A DNA stretch of 58,423 bases from IMG/VR virus record IMGVR_UViG_3300027822_000013, positions 1-58,423 of that record; one strand, written 5' to 3'. Positions 37,681 through 47,270 of the stretch are shown here, piece after piece. The notes under the pieces were generated by a model. It ran no database searches. It was not told the origin of the DNA and was given only the letters and a program-made list of their open reading frames with translations. The stretch comes from a virus. Lineage: Duplodnaviria > Caudoviricetes. Both the position numbers and the translations under genes were made by a program. Numbering within the stretch: the first letter of the stretch is position 1; each line of letters starts with the position of its first letter.

Positions 37681-38217
37681 TTAATTAGAAGCTTCACAAA
37701 CGGGGTAATACAGAGTTTCCCAAACTCGATATGAGGGTGTTTTATCCACAGCACAGTTTTTGACAAACCAACCATCAATTTTTATCAGAAATTCCATGGC
37801 TTTAGGCCACGACATTTCGTATTGTTCAATTGCCCAGATACCAAGTTCCAGGATGTCAATTTGCTTGAGTATAAACTCCCATCCCGGTTCGAGATTGACG
37901 TGTTGAATCCACCCGTTATCAGAGTTGATCTTATGTTCGATATTTTTGATCATTCTGGCAAACTCAGGGTTGTCCCATTTAACATGAGTTGGTATATCAC
38001 CCAAATCGTATTCGGCTTGGTCGTGGTATAACAACGATAGGATGACATCACGAGGGGCTTGTGGGTAAAGTTCCAGAAGGATACAAATTGCATCGTAACT
38101 GTGTTTACCAACAGTGTAGTCCGGCCCCAAGTGGGTGTGGATGTGGCAGCGTCTTACGTTGCTGCCGTTCCTTAGTCTCCTGATCTTATTTACCTGTTCC
38201 ATATTCCACCCCATCAT
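37681..38217 (-). CDS. HD-domain 5'-deoxynucleotidase (YfbR-like)
   Basis: VRR.H...TVGKHS, LLYHDQAE..LGDIPT and LKQID.LE motifs. Confidence 0.85.
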   Translation of the reverse strand: MMGWNMEQVNKIRRLRNGSNVRRCHIHTHLGPDYTVGKHSYDAICILLELYPQAPRDVILSLLYHDQAEYDLGDIPTHVKWDNPEFARMIKNIEHKINSDNGWIQHVNLEPGWEFILKQIDILELGIWAIEQYEMSWPKAMEFLIKIDGWFVKNCAVDKTPSYRVWETLYYPVCEASN

Positions 38218-39214
38218 CCTTAACCCGATTGTAAGCTTCTTGCCGGCGTCTCAACCATTCAGTACAAGCTTGCCGCCAATCCAGTGCCTTAATCGTTGAT
38301 GCCCAATACATAGCTTCATTGAAGTTTTTTGCCTTGTAGAACTTATGGGACATCTCCATAGGCTGTATTACTTGTTCAAAAAATGGTGTTGCCCACTCAC
38401 GAGGGGAAGGGTTGTCCATTGCCCACTTAAAGAAGTTTTGTAAATCAAGGTCCCATTGTGGATTTCCACTACCAAGCGGGAAGTGGGTATAATCTTCTTT
38501 TTCATAGGGGGTTCCCTTAAACACATTCACTGCCGGGTGGGCTTGTTTCTCTAACACGTCTACATAGGCGTGATAGTTATTACTGATTTGACGATAACGT
38601 CCTATTTTTACCCCGATTTGTTCAGACATGTATTCATGGAGAACAGATAGATGGACTGCGTTGGCCCCATAAGCCCCCCACACAATGTCGTTTGAGCGAT
38701 TGCAGACTGTCATGTCTAGTCGATCATCAGCTGTGATAGAGAAATAAATATGGGTATTACAGGGGGTGTCTTTTCCCTCGTATTTCAAATCAATCCAGGA
38801 ATCCCAAATCCCAAGAACAACCCGGCGGTCATTCGGGTCTTTTCTCAGTTTGTCTATAATCACTTGGATTTGGTCATAGTCAAATCTCCACCGCCAACGA
38901 CTTCCATAAGCCCCATTAAAGATTTCCCCATCATCAGAAAAGGTTTTCATCCTTTTGACGTAACGAGAAACGAATTCAACGTCTTCACGGCCCCCCAACA
39001 TCCAGAGACTTTCCATCAAATGGAAAAAGGGGTTAGCATCCCGTTTTTCATGGAATATAACTCTCTCCAAGGGTTGGTCATATACTGTAGTAACGGGTTC
39101 TGGTGCCACCACCACTTCCCCGGCCCGGCTCTTTCGTCTATCCCCTACTTGCCATAGGAGTTTAACCCCAACTGGTAAGGCTTCATGTACGTTTCTAACT
39201 CTAAGAACTATCAT
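38186..39214 (-). CDS. Thymidylate-synthase-family protein, probable dUMP hydroxymethylase
   Basis: DRRVV, DTPCN, NRSNDIVWG..AN (Asn indicates dUMP specificity), HAY; adjacent to hypermodification genes. Confidence 0.88.
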   Translation of the reverse strand: MIVLRVRNVHEALPVGVKLLWQVGDRRKSRAGEVVVAPEPVTTVYDQPLERVIFHEKRDANPFFHLMESLWMLGGREDVEFVSRYVKRMKTFSDDGEIFNGAYGSRWRWRFDYDQIQVIIDKLRKDPNDRRVVLGIWDSWIDLKYEGKDTPCNTHIYFSITADDRLDMTVCNRSNDIVWGAYGANAVHLSVLHEYMSEQIGVKIGRYRQISNNYHAYVDVLEKQAHPAVNVFKGTPYEKEDYTHFPLGSGNPQWDLDLQNFFKWAMDNPSPREWATPFFEQVIQPMEMSHKFYKAKNFNEAMYWASTIKALDWRQACTEWLRRRQEAYNRVKDDGVEYGTGK

Positions 39215-39497
39215 CTTGGTTTTCTTTCATTTCGTTAAATATGGGGCCATCAATACAGCAGCCACGACCCAACTTGGGCATTTCAACCACCACATGTGAT
39301 ACCTGAAATTTACCATCCTGGTGTGTAAACTCAAACACTCCTTCAGGCTCTAAACCTAAAGCCATCATCAAAGGCCACTGTTGTCTTTGGAACTGTAAAG
39401 CCAATTCGACAGTTTCAAATAGAGTATTGGTGGCTGGAAAAAACACCACATTATCATTGTTGTCTTTCCATTTGGGGGTGTACCCGGTTTCATCCAT
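39201..39497 (-). CDS. Hypothetical protein
   Basis: RBS AAGGA; operon context. Confidence 0.6.
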   Translation of the reverse strand: MDETGYTPKWKDNNDNVVFFPATNTLFETVELALQFQRQQWPLMMALGLEPEGVFEFTHQDGKFQVSHVVVEMPKLGRGCCIDGPIFNEMKENQDDSS

Positions 39498-39810
39498 TTT
39501 TCATTTCCTTATTAATAGGTGTACCAGACCAGGTAAACACCCCAGCCAGCTACAGCCATAGCTGCTGCTAGTTTAAATATCACCATAAAAGCGGCCCAAT
39601 TAGACATAGGGGTCATGTTTGTGTTTCCTCATCAAGTTTTAGTTGTTCTTGTATTAGGGTCAACCGTTACCATATTTCGTGTCGAACTTGGTTTACAGCA
39701 GCTTTATTCAATCCCAACAAACGACGGTAACGAGCTAAATCTGTGATTTCCCATTCTAACTTCATTCTTTCCTGTTTGGTTAATTGAACAGGTTTGGGTT
39801 GTGGTACCAT

Positions 39811-40020
39811 TTAACTGTTTTCCCTGGCATTGTCCATAAGCTCTTTGAATATAAGTTCAACTTTTGGACCCACGTGGGTTTCCACGAATTCATCCATGAT
39901 GCTATTTAACAGTTCAACAGACGTTTTAATTGGTGCCCCGGCCCGATCATATTCCACCATCGCATTATGGCAAATATCCTCCAACTTTTCCTCTAACGTC
40001 ATGTCAATGTTTCCTTCCAT
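39811..40020 (-). CDS. Hypothetical protein
   Basis: Operon context. Confidence 0.55.
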   Translation of the reverse strand: MEGNIDMTLEEKLEDICHNAMVEYDRAGAPIKTSVELLNSIMDEFVETHVGPKVELIFKELMDNARENS

Positions 40021-40931
40021 CTACTCCTTGGGCGTCCTTCCCCTAATTTAGCACGTTGCCATTTATCATATTCACACAGACTATGTTCAATATCTCTCAT
40101 TTCCAAAGCAGGAACCCATAGAGCAATCTTATAGACTGATTGCGCCAGTAGTTCTTGCATCTCTTCCATCAAACTGTCTATCCTCAAATTTGCGTTGATA
40201 GGACGCCCGTGGATACGATTAAGACCCCGCCTTGCTCCAGGACCGGGATTTGCCCAGGTCATGATATCGGGGGCCTCATTCAGATATCTGGTGTGTCGCA
40301 TATCCGTCACCACCTCATAAGAGGTAAACGGCCCCCACCCGTAAAACGAAGCAATATAGGTCCAGGTTTCCTCTTGTGTTTCACATGCCTCAATGACGTG
40401 AGTATGCTTTTTTATCTTGGGCCAGAACTGACCAATCAGTTTACATGCTACGTAATACTGTTTGTCATCATAAAAATCAGCAGCCCTGTCGCTCTCAGCC
40501 CGAACCATATAGGCCCCAGTATAGAGTTTCAATCTTTCCTTTTTTATGCGGTTCATCTCCTTGGCCATTTCAACAGGTTTGAAATTCTTATCGTATGGCC
40601 AGGTTTTTGGGTCCTCCATCAACCGTTCAAGAGTGGGAGGCCAATTAATGGACCTTGCTATGGCCAACATAAACCACAAATAGGGGTGATCCTTGAATGG
40701 TTCCCTGATGTGATTTTTGATCCAAACAGTGACCGTGTCCAACTCTCGAAAAACATTACAGAAACGGTACTGCTGTAGCTCCTTATCCTTGGTATACAGA
40801 CCAGGATAAGGGGAGGATGCCGTAGGCTTATTTCTCATATATCCTTCAGGGATTTCGTGACCCAAGGCCAACTCCCGTCTTAGATATATGGCGTGGCGCT
40901 CATTGATCCAATCGAATAGTGTGTGGGTCAT
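39999..40931 (-). CDS. 5-hmdU DNA kinase (aGPT-Pplase1 / HMUDK family)
   Basis: WINERHAIYLRR, YRFCNVFRELD, GPFTSYEVVTD, GPGARRGL and DIEHSLCEYDK motifs. Confidence 0.88.
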   Translation of the reverse strand: MTHTLFDWINERHAIYLRRELALGHEIPEGYMRNKPTASSPYPGLYTKDKELQQYRFCNVFRELDTVTVWIKNHIREPFKDHPYLWFMLAIARSINWPPTLERLMEDPKTWPYDKNFKPVEMAKEMNRIKKERLKLYTGAYMVRAESDRAADFYDDKQYYVACKLIGQFWPKIKKHTHVIEACETQEETWTYIASFYGWGPFTSYEVVTDMRHTRYLNEAPDIMTWANPGPGARRGLNRIHGRPINANLRIDSLMEEMQELLAQSVYKIALWVPALEMRDIEHSLCEYDKWQRAKLGEGRPRSRWKETLT

Positions 40932-41539
40932 CTTGGAAGGTACTTTCTGATGATGGTGCCCATAGATTTTTCGGGGGCTGTGTGGTCAACTATTTCTACT
41001 TTCTCGCCAGTAAATTTCAACTTGTCTCGAATACCGTTGATGGTTTTGTACTTCGCTGTAATCTGATCCGACTTTACGGGTTTGCCCCCGTTGCGATGTT
41101 GTACCCGTTCAAGACAGGTTTCAATTGGGGTGTCAAGAAATGCCCAAACAAAGGTATGGCCCTCTGCCTGCATCATCTGGGAAAACTCTAACCAAGGTTT
41201 ATAGGTGGTGCCGGCAATGATACCTTCTGCAAACACCACGTCATGTTGCTGAACTGCTGATCTCACACCTTCTTTCATATGGCGTTGGGTACTGATTCGA
41301 TCCATCCCCCCGGAATAAGTCAGGTTGGAATAGTGACCCACCGTACAAATCTCGATAGGCCAGTCAGTATAGAGAGGGGAGTTACTTGAGTCATTGGTAT
41401 TGCCTACCACCCGACCCATTTTTCCCCTATTATTCTCAAACTCCAACAACACTTCTTGTCTTGTGGGGTCTATATAATGACTGACCAGGGTGGATTTCCC
41501 ACTGCCGTTAGTACCTCTGATGTTGATGATTAAACTCAT
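40928..41539 (-). CDS. P-loop nucleotide kinase of base-modification clusters
   Basis: IINIRGTNGSGKST, GGMD and FLDTPIETCLERV..R motifs. Confidence 0.85.
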   Translation of the reverse strand: MSLIINIRGTNGSGKSTLVSHYIDPTRQEVLLEFENNRGKMGRVVGNTNDSSNSPLYTDWPIEICTVGHYSNLTYSGGMDRISTQRHMKEGVRSAVQQHDVVFAEGIIAGTTYKPWLEFSQMMQAEGHTFVWAFLDTPIETCLERVQHRNGGKPVKSDQITAKYKTINGIRDKLKFTGEKVEIVDHTAPEKSMGTIIRKYLPR

Positions 41540-42414
41540 ATTCTTTTCATCTCCCTTAAAAAATCATTAGCAGAATTATTTTCTTCAGCCCAATCACTTA
41601 AGCCATGACTGATCTCGTCAATGTCGTTGTTGAATGGGTAGTGGCCGTTACAGTGGGATTTCCACTTACACAGAATAGTCTCTATTTCCTGTATGTTGAC
41701 CCCTCGATCAAATACAGGGGGAGCTAGGTGGTTGGAAAATATCACCTCAAGGTGGGAAATTGCGAGTTCAATTCCCCGCTCTTTCTCCCCCGGTCTCCAA
41801 TCAAGATAGTTTGAGGATTTGAGGCTGGGGTCCACCCCCTCTTTAAGCTGCAAATACAGTCTCAATGCTGCTTCCTTGGGGTCTTTAAACATCATCACCC
41901 CGTTGGGTTGAAACTCAGTTTCATAACCAAGAACCCGTTCAGCCATGTCTGCGATCTTAAATGCAATCCAAGGACCAAACTGGGGAACTGTTTTGACCCT
42001 TTCTGTAATACCCTCCAATGTGTCAGAAGCGATCATGAAATCCACTGCTGCTTCAGGACGTTTAAACTCCATGGATACGTACTGCAAAGCGTCAAGGGCT
42101 TTTTTACCCCTGAAATGTCGCCGCTCTTTCCCTCTAGGCCATACATCTGATGCCGGGATTTCTACTGGGCACCCCCCTTGTTGGTTCAATACCAAATTAC
42201 AAGCGTGATCAAACCAATACTGGTCTTCAAAATCACTCAACCAGGAAGCAATACCACAATGGTAAAAACACCAATAACCTAACAACCACCGCTTGACCTT
42301 GTCCTGATCCCAGTCTAGTTGAGTCAGTACGTTATAAACTGGGTCAAGGTCTTGTGTCTCAAGAAGTTGAAGCCCGAAATCTTTAATGGATAGTGTTTTG
42401 TAGCGATTATGCAT
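41536..42414 (-). CDS. Amino acid:DNA transferase (aGPT-Pplase2 / AADT family)
   Basis: DLDPVY, YWCFYH, WPRGKERRHFRG, FGPWIAFKIADM and QEIETILCKWKSH motifs. Confidence 0.88.
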   Translation of the reverse strand: MHNRYKTLSIKDFGLQLLETQDLDPVYNVLTQLDWDQDKVKRWLLGYWCFYHCGIASWLSDFEDQYWFDHACNLVLNQQGGCPVEIPASDVWPRGKERRHFRGKKALDALQYVSMEFKRPEAAVDFMIASDTLEGITERVKTVPQFGPWIAFKIADMAERVLGYETEFQPNGVMMFKDPKEAALRLYLQLKEGVDPSLKSSNYLDWRPGEKERGIELAISHLEVIFSNHLAPPVFDRGVNIQEIETILCKWKSHCNGHYPFNNDIDEISHGLSDWAEENNSANDFLREMKRI

Positions 42415-43711
42415 TGAACGGGTCCTTGAAGTCTTTGAGCTTTAGAGCATCAGCCTGTTTCATAATTTCTGAACCACAACCCCCAGAACAAGTCAAACAA
42501 CCTGAAGGCTCACACTCCTTAACTTCTTTGAATCTCTGTGCCGCGCCCTGTCTTTTAAACATAGGTACTTTGTGTCCATGACATTGTTCCGAGGTCATGA
42601 ATTCAGGTCCTATAGAAACACACCCCGGATTAGCATCACGGTATTCATAGCATACTGAATAAGTCATCCCTAGTTTGGTGGCGCATTTTTGGTACCGTTT
42701 ATGTCCTTCCAAACGGTATTCCTGTTCAATAGTCCTTTGACCCCCTATATTCTGGGTGAATAGTTCTCTGAAGGCTGCTGATCTATTATCCCCAAATCTT
42801 TGAGTCATACGAGCTACCATGGCTGGTGCCCAAGAATAACCAGCTTCAACGAATTTTACAATCACATGGTTGGTACCACATGAGGCCAGCTTCTCAAATA
42901 GGATTTCAATTTCATCGTGATCCGTAATACCAGCAATTATTGGGTTCACCTGGATTGAAACATAAATCCCTGCTCTACGCAGCTTCTTGATTTCTTCAAA
43001 ATGGTCCTCAAGAGGTAAGGCCCCCGGTGATAGTTTTTCCCAGTCCATTTGCGTAGCACAATTGATTGACTTTTGGGCATAACTGTACTTACTCTGTTGG
43101 AGTAGGGTTATTGCCCAATCAGGATAGGACAACCGGGACAAAAAGAATATCGGCAAACCCTGCTTCACAAATTCACGTGCCGCAGTTTCGGTGTTGTGGT
43201 AATAGTCTTCAATTGGAAGAAATGGATCACTGAATGATGAGAAATATCCGGCTGCTGATGCCTTCAAGGTTCTCAACTGTTTTTTGATCTGTTCTCCATA
43301 GTGCATGGGAACGGTAGTCAGTCCACTACCTCGATAACCCCTGAAACCAGAATTTATGTAACAGAACGCGCATCCTACAGTGCAGTACCCACCGTAAGGT
43401 TCAGTGAGCATCGCTTCTGTGTAGCAAGGTCTATTACGACCCCTAGAGCCTTTATTGCTGGTTTTGGGTTGGTACCATCCCTGAAGCTGTTTTGCCTTGC
43501 CTAAACGAATATGGGGAATGGGGTCAAGAAAGATTTTAACTTCTTTCTTTTCCTTAGCATTTCTAACCATACCAATCTCGCCCGTGCGCCACCTCATATC
43601 CCGGTCGGTGAGTTCATCATAGGTGATTTGAATTGGCCCTAACCCCTCCTTGGGTTCCGGTCTCATGAAATACTTATAACCTTCTTGCTCTAACTGGTTG
43701 TCACCCGTCAT
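42407..43711 (-). CDS. Radical SAM enzyme (M6 gp53-like isomerase, putative)
   Basis: CxxxCxxC (CTVGCAFC), SFSDPF, extra C-terminal Cys cluster; cluster context. Confidence 0.88.
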   Translation of the reverse strand: MTGDNQLEQEGYKYFMRPEPKEGLGPIQITYDELTDRDMRWRTGEIGMVRNAKEKKEVKIFLDPIPHIRLGKAKQLQGWYQPKTSNKGSRGRNRPCYTEAMLTEPYGGYCTVGCAFCYINSGFRGYRGSGLTTVPMHYGEQIKKQLRTLKASAAGYFSSFSDPFLPIEDYYHNTETAAREFVKQGLPIFFLSRLSYPDWAITLLQQSKYSYAQKSINCATQMDWEKLSPGALPLEDHFEEIKKLRRAGIYVSIQVNPIIAGITDHDEIEILFEKLASCGTNHVIVKFVEAGYSWAPAMVARMTQRFGDNRSAAFRELFTQNIGGQRTIEQEYRLEGHKRYQKCATKLGMTYSVCYEYRDANPGCVSIGPEFMTSEQCHGHKVPMFKRQGAAQRFKEVKECEPSGCLTCSGGCGSEIMKQADALKLKDFKDPFNA

Positions 43712-43716
43712 CGTTT

Positions 43717-44556
43717 TTATCCTATGTTCCAGAGTAATGTGTTGCGGAAGTCATGAATACCCTTACTCATCCACCATTGAAATGCCTTCAGGTCGTAATA
43801 CTCATTACAAGGCCAGGTCGGTTTGATATCCTTCTGTGAGGCTTTATCTTTGTACTGGTACCCTTCATCAACGATGTGGAGGGGGAGTTCAGTAAGGTCT
43901 GCCCCTACTTTCTGTGAAATGTATTTGTATACAGCATCTTTTGATCTGGAATACCCCAAATGGATGATAACAATTGGGGTCATTCCCTTGGTGTACTTAG
44001 ATTCAAGAATACCCTTGATGACCCCGGACGCTATAGTGGCTGATGAAGAAGGAATCAACACTGACGAAAACGATTTCCCCTTTGAATTAAACCAAGCCTG
44101 GGTTCTCAAATACTCCTTGGCTGTTTCTTCAACTGTCTCATCCAGTTTCAGAGCGTTAGGCATCATGTAAGGTTGGTCATAATAGTCCACCAAGTGTTTC
44201 TTTGCCCCGTGGTATAACACTGCTGATCTTCCAGCAGGAAGTCCCACCAGTTTAGCTCCTAAGTCCTTTGCGTGATCCTGGGGTAGCCTATGACCGGGAT
44301 CGTTTTTATATTCGGGATAAAAGTTGATACACTTCTTACCCAAAACACTACAGGCATGAGCCACGGCCCACCCGGCTTGAGAATGAAAGGTATCTAACAC
44401 CCCAATTGAATGTTCCGGTCTTTTCTTCAGGTGGGCAAATACCCCCCTGGTTTTACTAAAGGGAGGTCCGGGTGTGGGGCTACATAAATCTTCACGCTTT
44501 ACCCATAAACCATAAGCATCAATATAGTCTTCAACAGGGGTGTTATTCTTAATCAT
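43717..44556 (-). CDS. PLP-dependent enzyme, fold type II (M6 gp52-like decarboxylase, putative)
   Basis: WVKREDL...FSKTRG, SQAGWAVA, YYDLKA and LLWNIG motifs. Confidence 0.82.
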   Translation of the reverse strand: MIKNNTPVEDYIDAYGLWVKREDLCSPTPGPPFSKTRGVFAHLKKRPEHSIGVLDTFHSQAGWAVAHACSVLGKKCINFYPEYKNDPGHRLPQDHAKDLGAKLVGLPAGRSAVLYHGAKKHLVDYYDQPYMMPNALKLDETVEETAKEYLRTQAWFNSKGKSFSSVLIPSSSATIASGVIKGILESKYTKGMTPIVIIHLGYSRSKDAVYKYISQKVGADLTELPLHIVDEGYQYKDKASQKDIKPTWPCNEYYDLKAFQWWMSKGIHDFRNTLLWNIG

Positions 44557-45494
44557 ACCAGTTCCAATATTTTTGAGGCACGCAGTTCAATTTCTTTTCT
44601 GTTGGGCTTATCCTTGGCCCAATGAGTGGCGGCATTTAGTACGCCCCAATAGGACTCATCCTTGACTTCATCAGAAATGAGTTCTATGTGGTTTTTACCA
44701 AAACCAACCTTGCCCAGGATTTCACGCCGTTCATCAATTCCTGGGGATAATCTTTTCTTATTGGCTCCCTTCATCTGAGTGACCAGCAGTGGAAATTCGG
44801 CAATGATATCCTTGAAGGTTTCTTCAATTCGGTCACTAGACCTTACGTCAAGCAGATCAGGGATGGACATCTCACCAACAGGGTTTGGACGGGTCAAATG
44901 CATCTTAGTTAGGCCCACCACTGAACTGGGGAAGGTTAGACCGTTTTCACATTCCAGTCTGTAGAAATAGGCATTCATTCCCATCCGGGTTGACCCATCC
45001 TGGGAATTATAAAAATAGAACCCGCCTTGAACCACATCCCCTACCGACACGTCAAAGTTAAGTGAAGGGGATCGAAATGAGCAGGACATTTCCGTTTTAG
45101 AAATAGTATGCTGATCCATGATGAAATTATACTCTTCAACCATAGGACGTATGGTGACCAATAAGTCACTATCCGATACCCGGCGATAAGAGGGACTCAT
45201 TATAGCATAAATTGATGATGTGGTTTCCCTAACCATTACAGCTGTTTCTGATGAGAAAGAGGATAACCAGGTGTTGACGTTATACGCCCAAAGATCACCG
45301 TCAATGAACATGCGCCAATAGTAAGCCGGGGGGATGTTGAGAAGAGAACGAAGGTTGGAATGGGCCGATTTATCAAGCTTCTTACCGTTTAGCTGAAATT
45401 CATTATCAGCCACGAGTTCATTGGCATAAACTATTGTGTCTGTACGGCGTTTCTCAATTCCACGACACTTCTTCATTAAAGTTTCAAATTGCAT
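44553..45494 (-). CDS. DUF932-family protein
   Basis: A.MSPSYRR, VGDVVQGG...NS.DG, YRLECENG and YWGVLNAATH motifs; RBS before ATG 45494. Confidence 0.8.
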   Translation of the reverse strand: MQFETLMKKCRGIEKRRTDTIVYANELVADNEFQLNGKKLDKSAHSNLRSLLNIPPAYYWRMFIDGDLWAYNVNTWLSSFSSETAVMVRETTSSIYAIMSPSYRRVSDSDLLVTIRPMVEEYNFIMDQHTISKTEMSCSFRSPSLNFDVSVGDVVQGGFYFYNSQDGSTRMGMNAYFYRLECENGLTFPSSVVGLTKMHLTRPNPVGEMSIPDLLDVRSSDRIEETFKDIIAEFPLLVTQMKGANKKRLSPGIDERREILGKVGFGKNHIELISDEVKDESYWGVLNAATHWAKDKPNRKEIELRASKILELV

Positions 45495-45521
45495 GGTAAA
45501 TATCCTTGTTTCTGATTCCCC

Positions 45522-45558
45522 TCGTTGGTACCTTAACGAAGGCACCAACGAAAGTAAA
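45522..45558 (-). promoter_or_regulatory. Sigma70-type promoter TTTACT-N17-TAAGGT overlapped by a 13-bp inverted repeat
   Basis: TCGTTGGTACCTT-AACG-AAGGCACCAACGA (12/13 match) covers the spacer and -10. Confidence 0.6.
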
Positions 45559-45573
45559 CTAAATTATTCCTGG

Positions 45574-47259
45574 TCAATTACACTCTTTCACTCCCGTCAC
45601 GGGATCAACAGTGCAAGTTTCACCCCCCTCCCCTTTTTGTAACAACCCAGCACGTTTACAAGAAGGTCTGAAAACTGATACGCCTTTACATCCCCCCTTC
45701 CAGGCTTTGAAATAGAGTTGTTCAAAATCTTCCCAACTCACTTCGTCACCACAGTTTACAGTTTTAGACACAGCACTATCTACGTACTTTGATGCGGCAA
45801 TCAATACGTCCATGTGTTCCTGGGCAGTTACCTGATCGTGTGTTTTTCCTCTAACTCCTAATTCCCTGAAAGCATAATCCTGAATTGTCACAACTTTATC
45901 CCCAGTGGGGGTCCGAATTGGTCTGATCGTTTCATAATCAAACACAGGCTCTATACCTCCAGACACATTTCCGGCTGTTAAGCTGATGGTTCCTGTAGGG
46001 GCAATTGAGGTTAGGTGGGAATTACGAAGCCCGTGTGTCTCGATTGCTTTACGGGTCTTGCTGCTCAATTTCTTCCACACACGGGATTTCTTATAGTGGC
46101 CCAAATCAAACTTTGGGAAGGCACCTTTTTCCTTGGCTACCATAGCTGAAGCTCTGTAACTGTGATCCAGGATGGTGTTCAATATATCTTCCATGACTTC
46201 TATGAACAAGGGTGAACCGTAACTGAACCCCATAGCTTCGATTGTATTGGCCACCCCAGTTACTCCAATACCAATACGGCGTTTGGCTTTGGCTTCTTGC
46301 TCCATTTCGTGAAGGGGGTACTTGGATTTGTCGATAACCATATCCATAGCCCGAACTATTGAGGGGATGTCTTCTATCAACAATTCGTTATCAAAGAAGT
46401 AACCCGTGGGTGTTTTGGAGAGGTATTTTGGGAGGTTGAAACTGCCCAGGAGGCAAACACCGTTGGGTGGTAGGGGTTGTTCCCCGCAGGGATTAGTGGC
46501 CGCAATAGTTTCACAGTAGCTAAGAGCATTATTGTTGTTGATGGTGTCCAAGAATAAGATACCGGGTTCAGCCCAATCCCAAGCTGATCTCATTATCTGG
46601 TTCCATAACGTGGCAGGGTCAATCGTCTTATATACTTGACCCCCCCATTTCAAATTGAAGGGTTTACCCTTCTCCAGACATTCCATGAATTCATCAGTCA
46701 TACCGATTGAGAGATTGAACCCGGTTAATTGATCAGTGTTCTGTTTACAATGGATAAATTCTTCAATGTCTGGGTGATCTATTCGCAACACCCCCATTTG
46801 AGCACCCCGGCGGTGTCCTGATGAGGCAACACATAACCCCAACGCATTAAAGATATGCATAAAAGGAACAGGACCTGATGAATTTGAATTCAACTTTTTG
46901 ATCAAAGCTCCTTTTGGACGTAGGGTGGAGAAGTCGTAACCATTTCCACAACCCATCCTCATTATAGTGGCTGCTTCCTTGACGATGTCCATGATACAGT
47001 TTTTACCATCAACCATTGAATCTTCTATTACTGAAGAAACAGCGCAATTGAATGACGTTACTGCTTTGGTTGAACCAATTGATGATTGTACTCTCCCCGC
47101 CGGAATGAACCTCATCAATTTAAAGATATGTCTCAATTTATCATAGTGGGAGGTCTCACTGGTAAGTCCTCCAGCTATTCGATTTGCTGCCTCCCTACGT
47201 GTTTCACCATCAAGACGATGTTTTGAGGCCTGAAGCTCCTCAAAGAATTCATATGACAT
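45574..47259 (-). CDS. nrdJ: Class II (adenosylcobalamin-dependent) ribonucleotide reductase
   Basis: PAGR, NC, RRGAQMG, TNPCGEQ, CLLGS, IAPTGTIS and a C-terminal Cys pair; no beta subunit recognised. Confidence 0.9.
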   Translation of the reverse strand: MSYEFFEELQASKHRLDGETRREAANRIAGGLTSETSHYDKLRHIFKLMRFIPAGRVQSSIGSTKAVTSFNCAVSSVIEDSMVDGKNCIMDIVKEAATIMRMGCGNGYDFSTLRPKGALIKKLNSNSSGPVPFMHIFNALGLCVASSGHRRGAQMGVLRIDHPDIEEFIHCKQNTDQLTGFNLSIGMTDEFMECLEKGKPFNLKWGGQVYKTIDPATLWNQIMRSAWDWAEPGILFLDTINNNNALSYCETIAATNPCGEQPLPPNGVCLLGSFNLPKYLSKTPTGYFFDNELLIEDIPSIVRAMDMVIDKSKYPLHEMEQEAKAKRRIGIGVTGVANTIEAMGFSYGSPLFIEVMEDILNTILDHSYRASAMVAKEKGAFPKFDLGHYKKSRVWKKLSSKTRKAIETHGLRNSHLTSIAPTGTISLTAGNVSGGIEPVFDYETIRPIRTPTGDKVVTIQDYAFRELGVRGKTHDQVTAQEHMDVLIAASKYVDSAVSKTVNCGDEVSWEDFEQLYFKAWKGGCKGVSVFRPSCKRAGLLQKGEGGETCTVDPVTGVKECN

Positions 47260-47270
47260 GACTACTCCTA

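Noticed and set aside
40155-40778. 207-aa plus-strand ORF (and similar antisense ORFs at 27973, 48345, 17608 and 10290)
   Set aside because: Shadow frames opposite well-supported genes, with no evident RBS or recognisable motifs.
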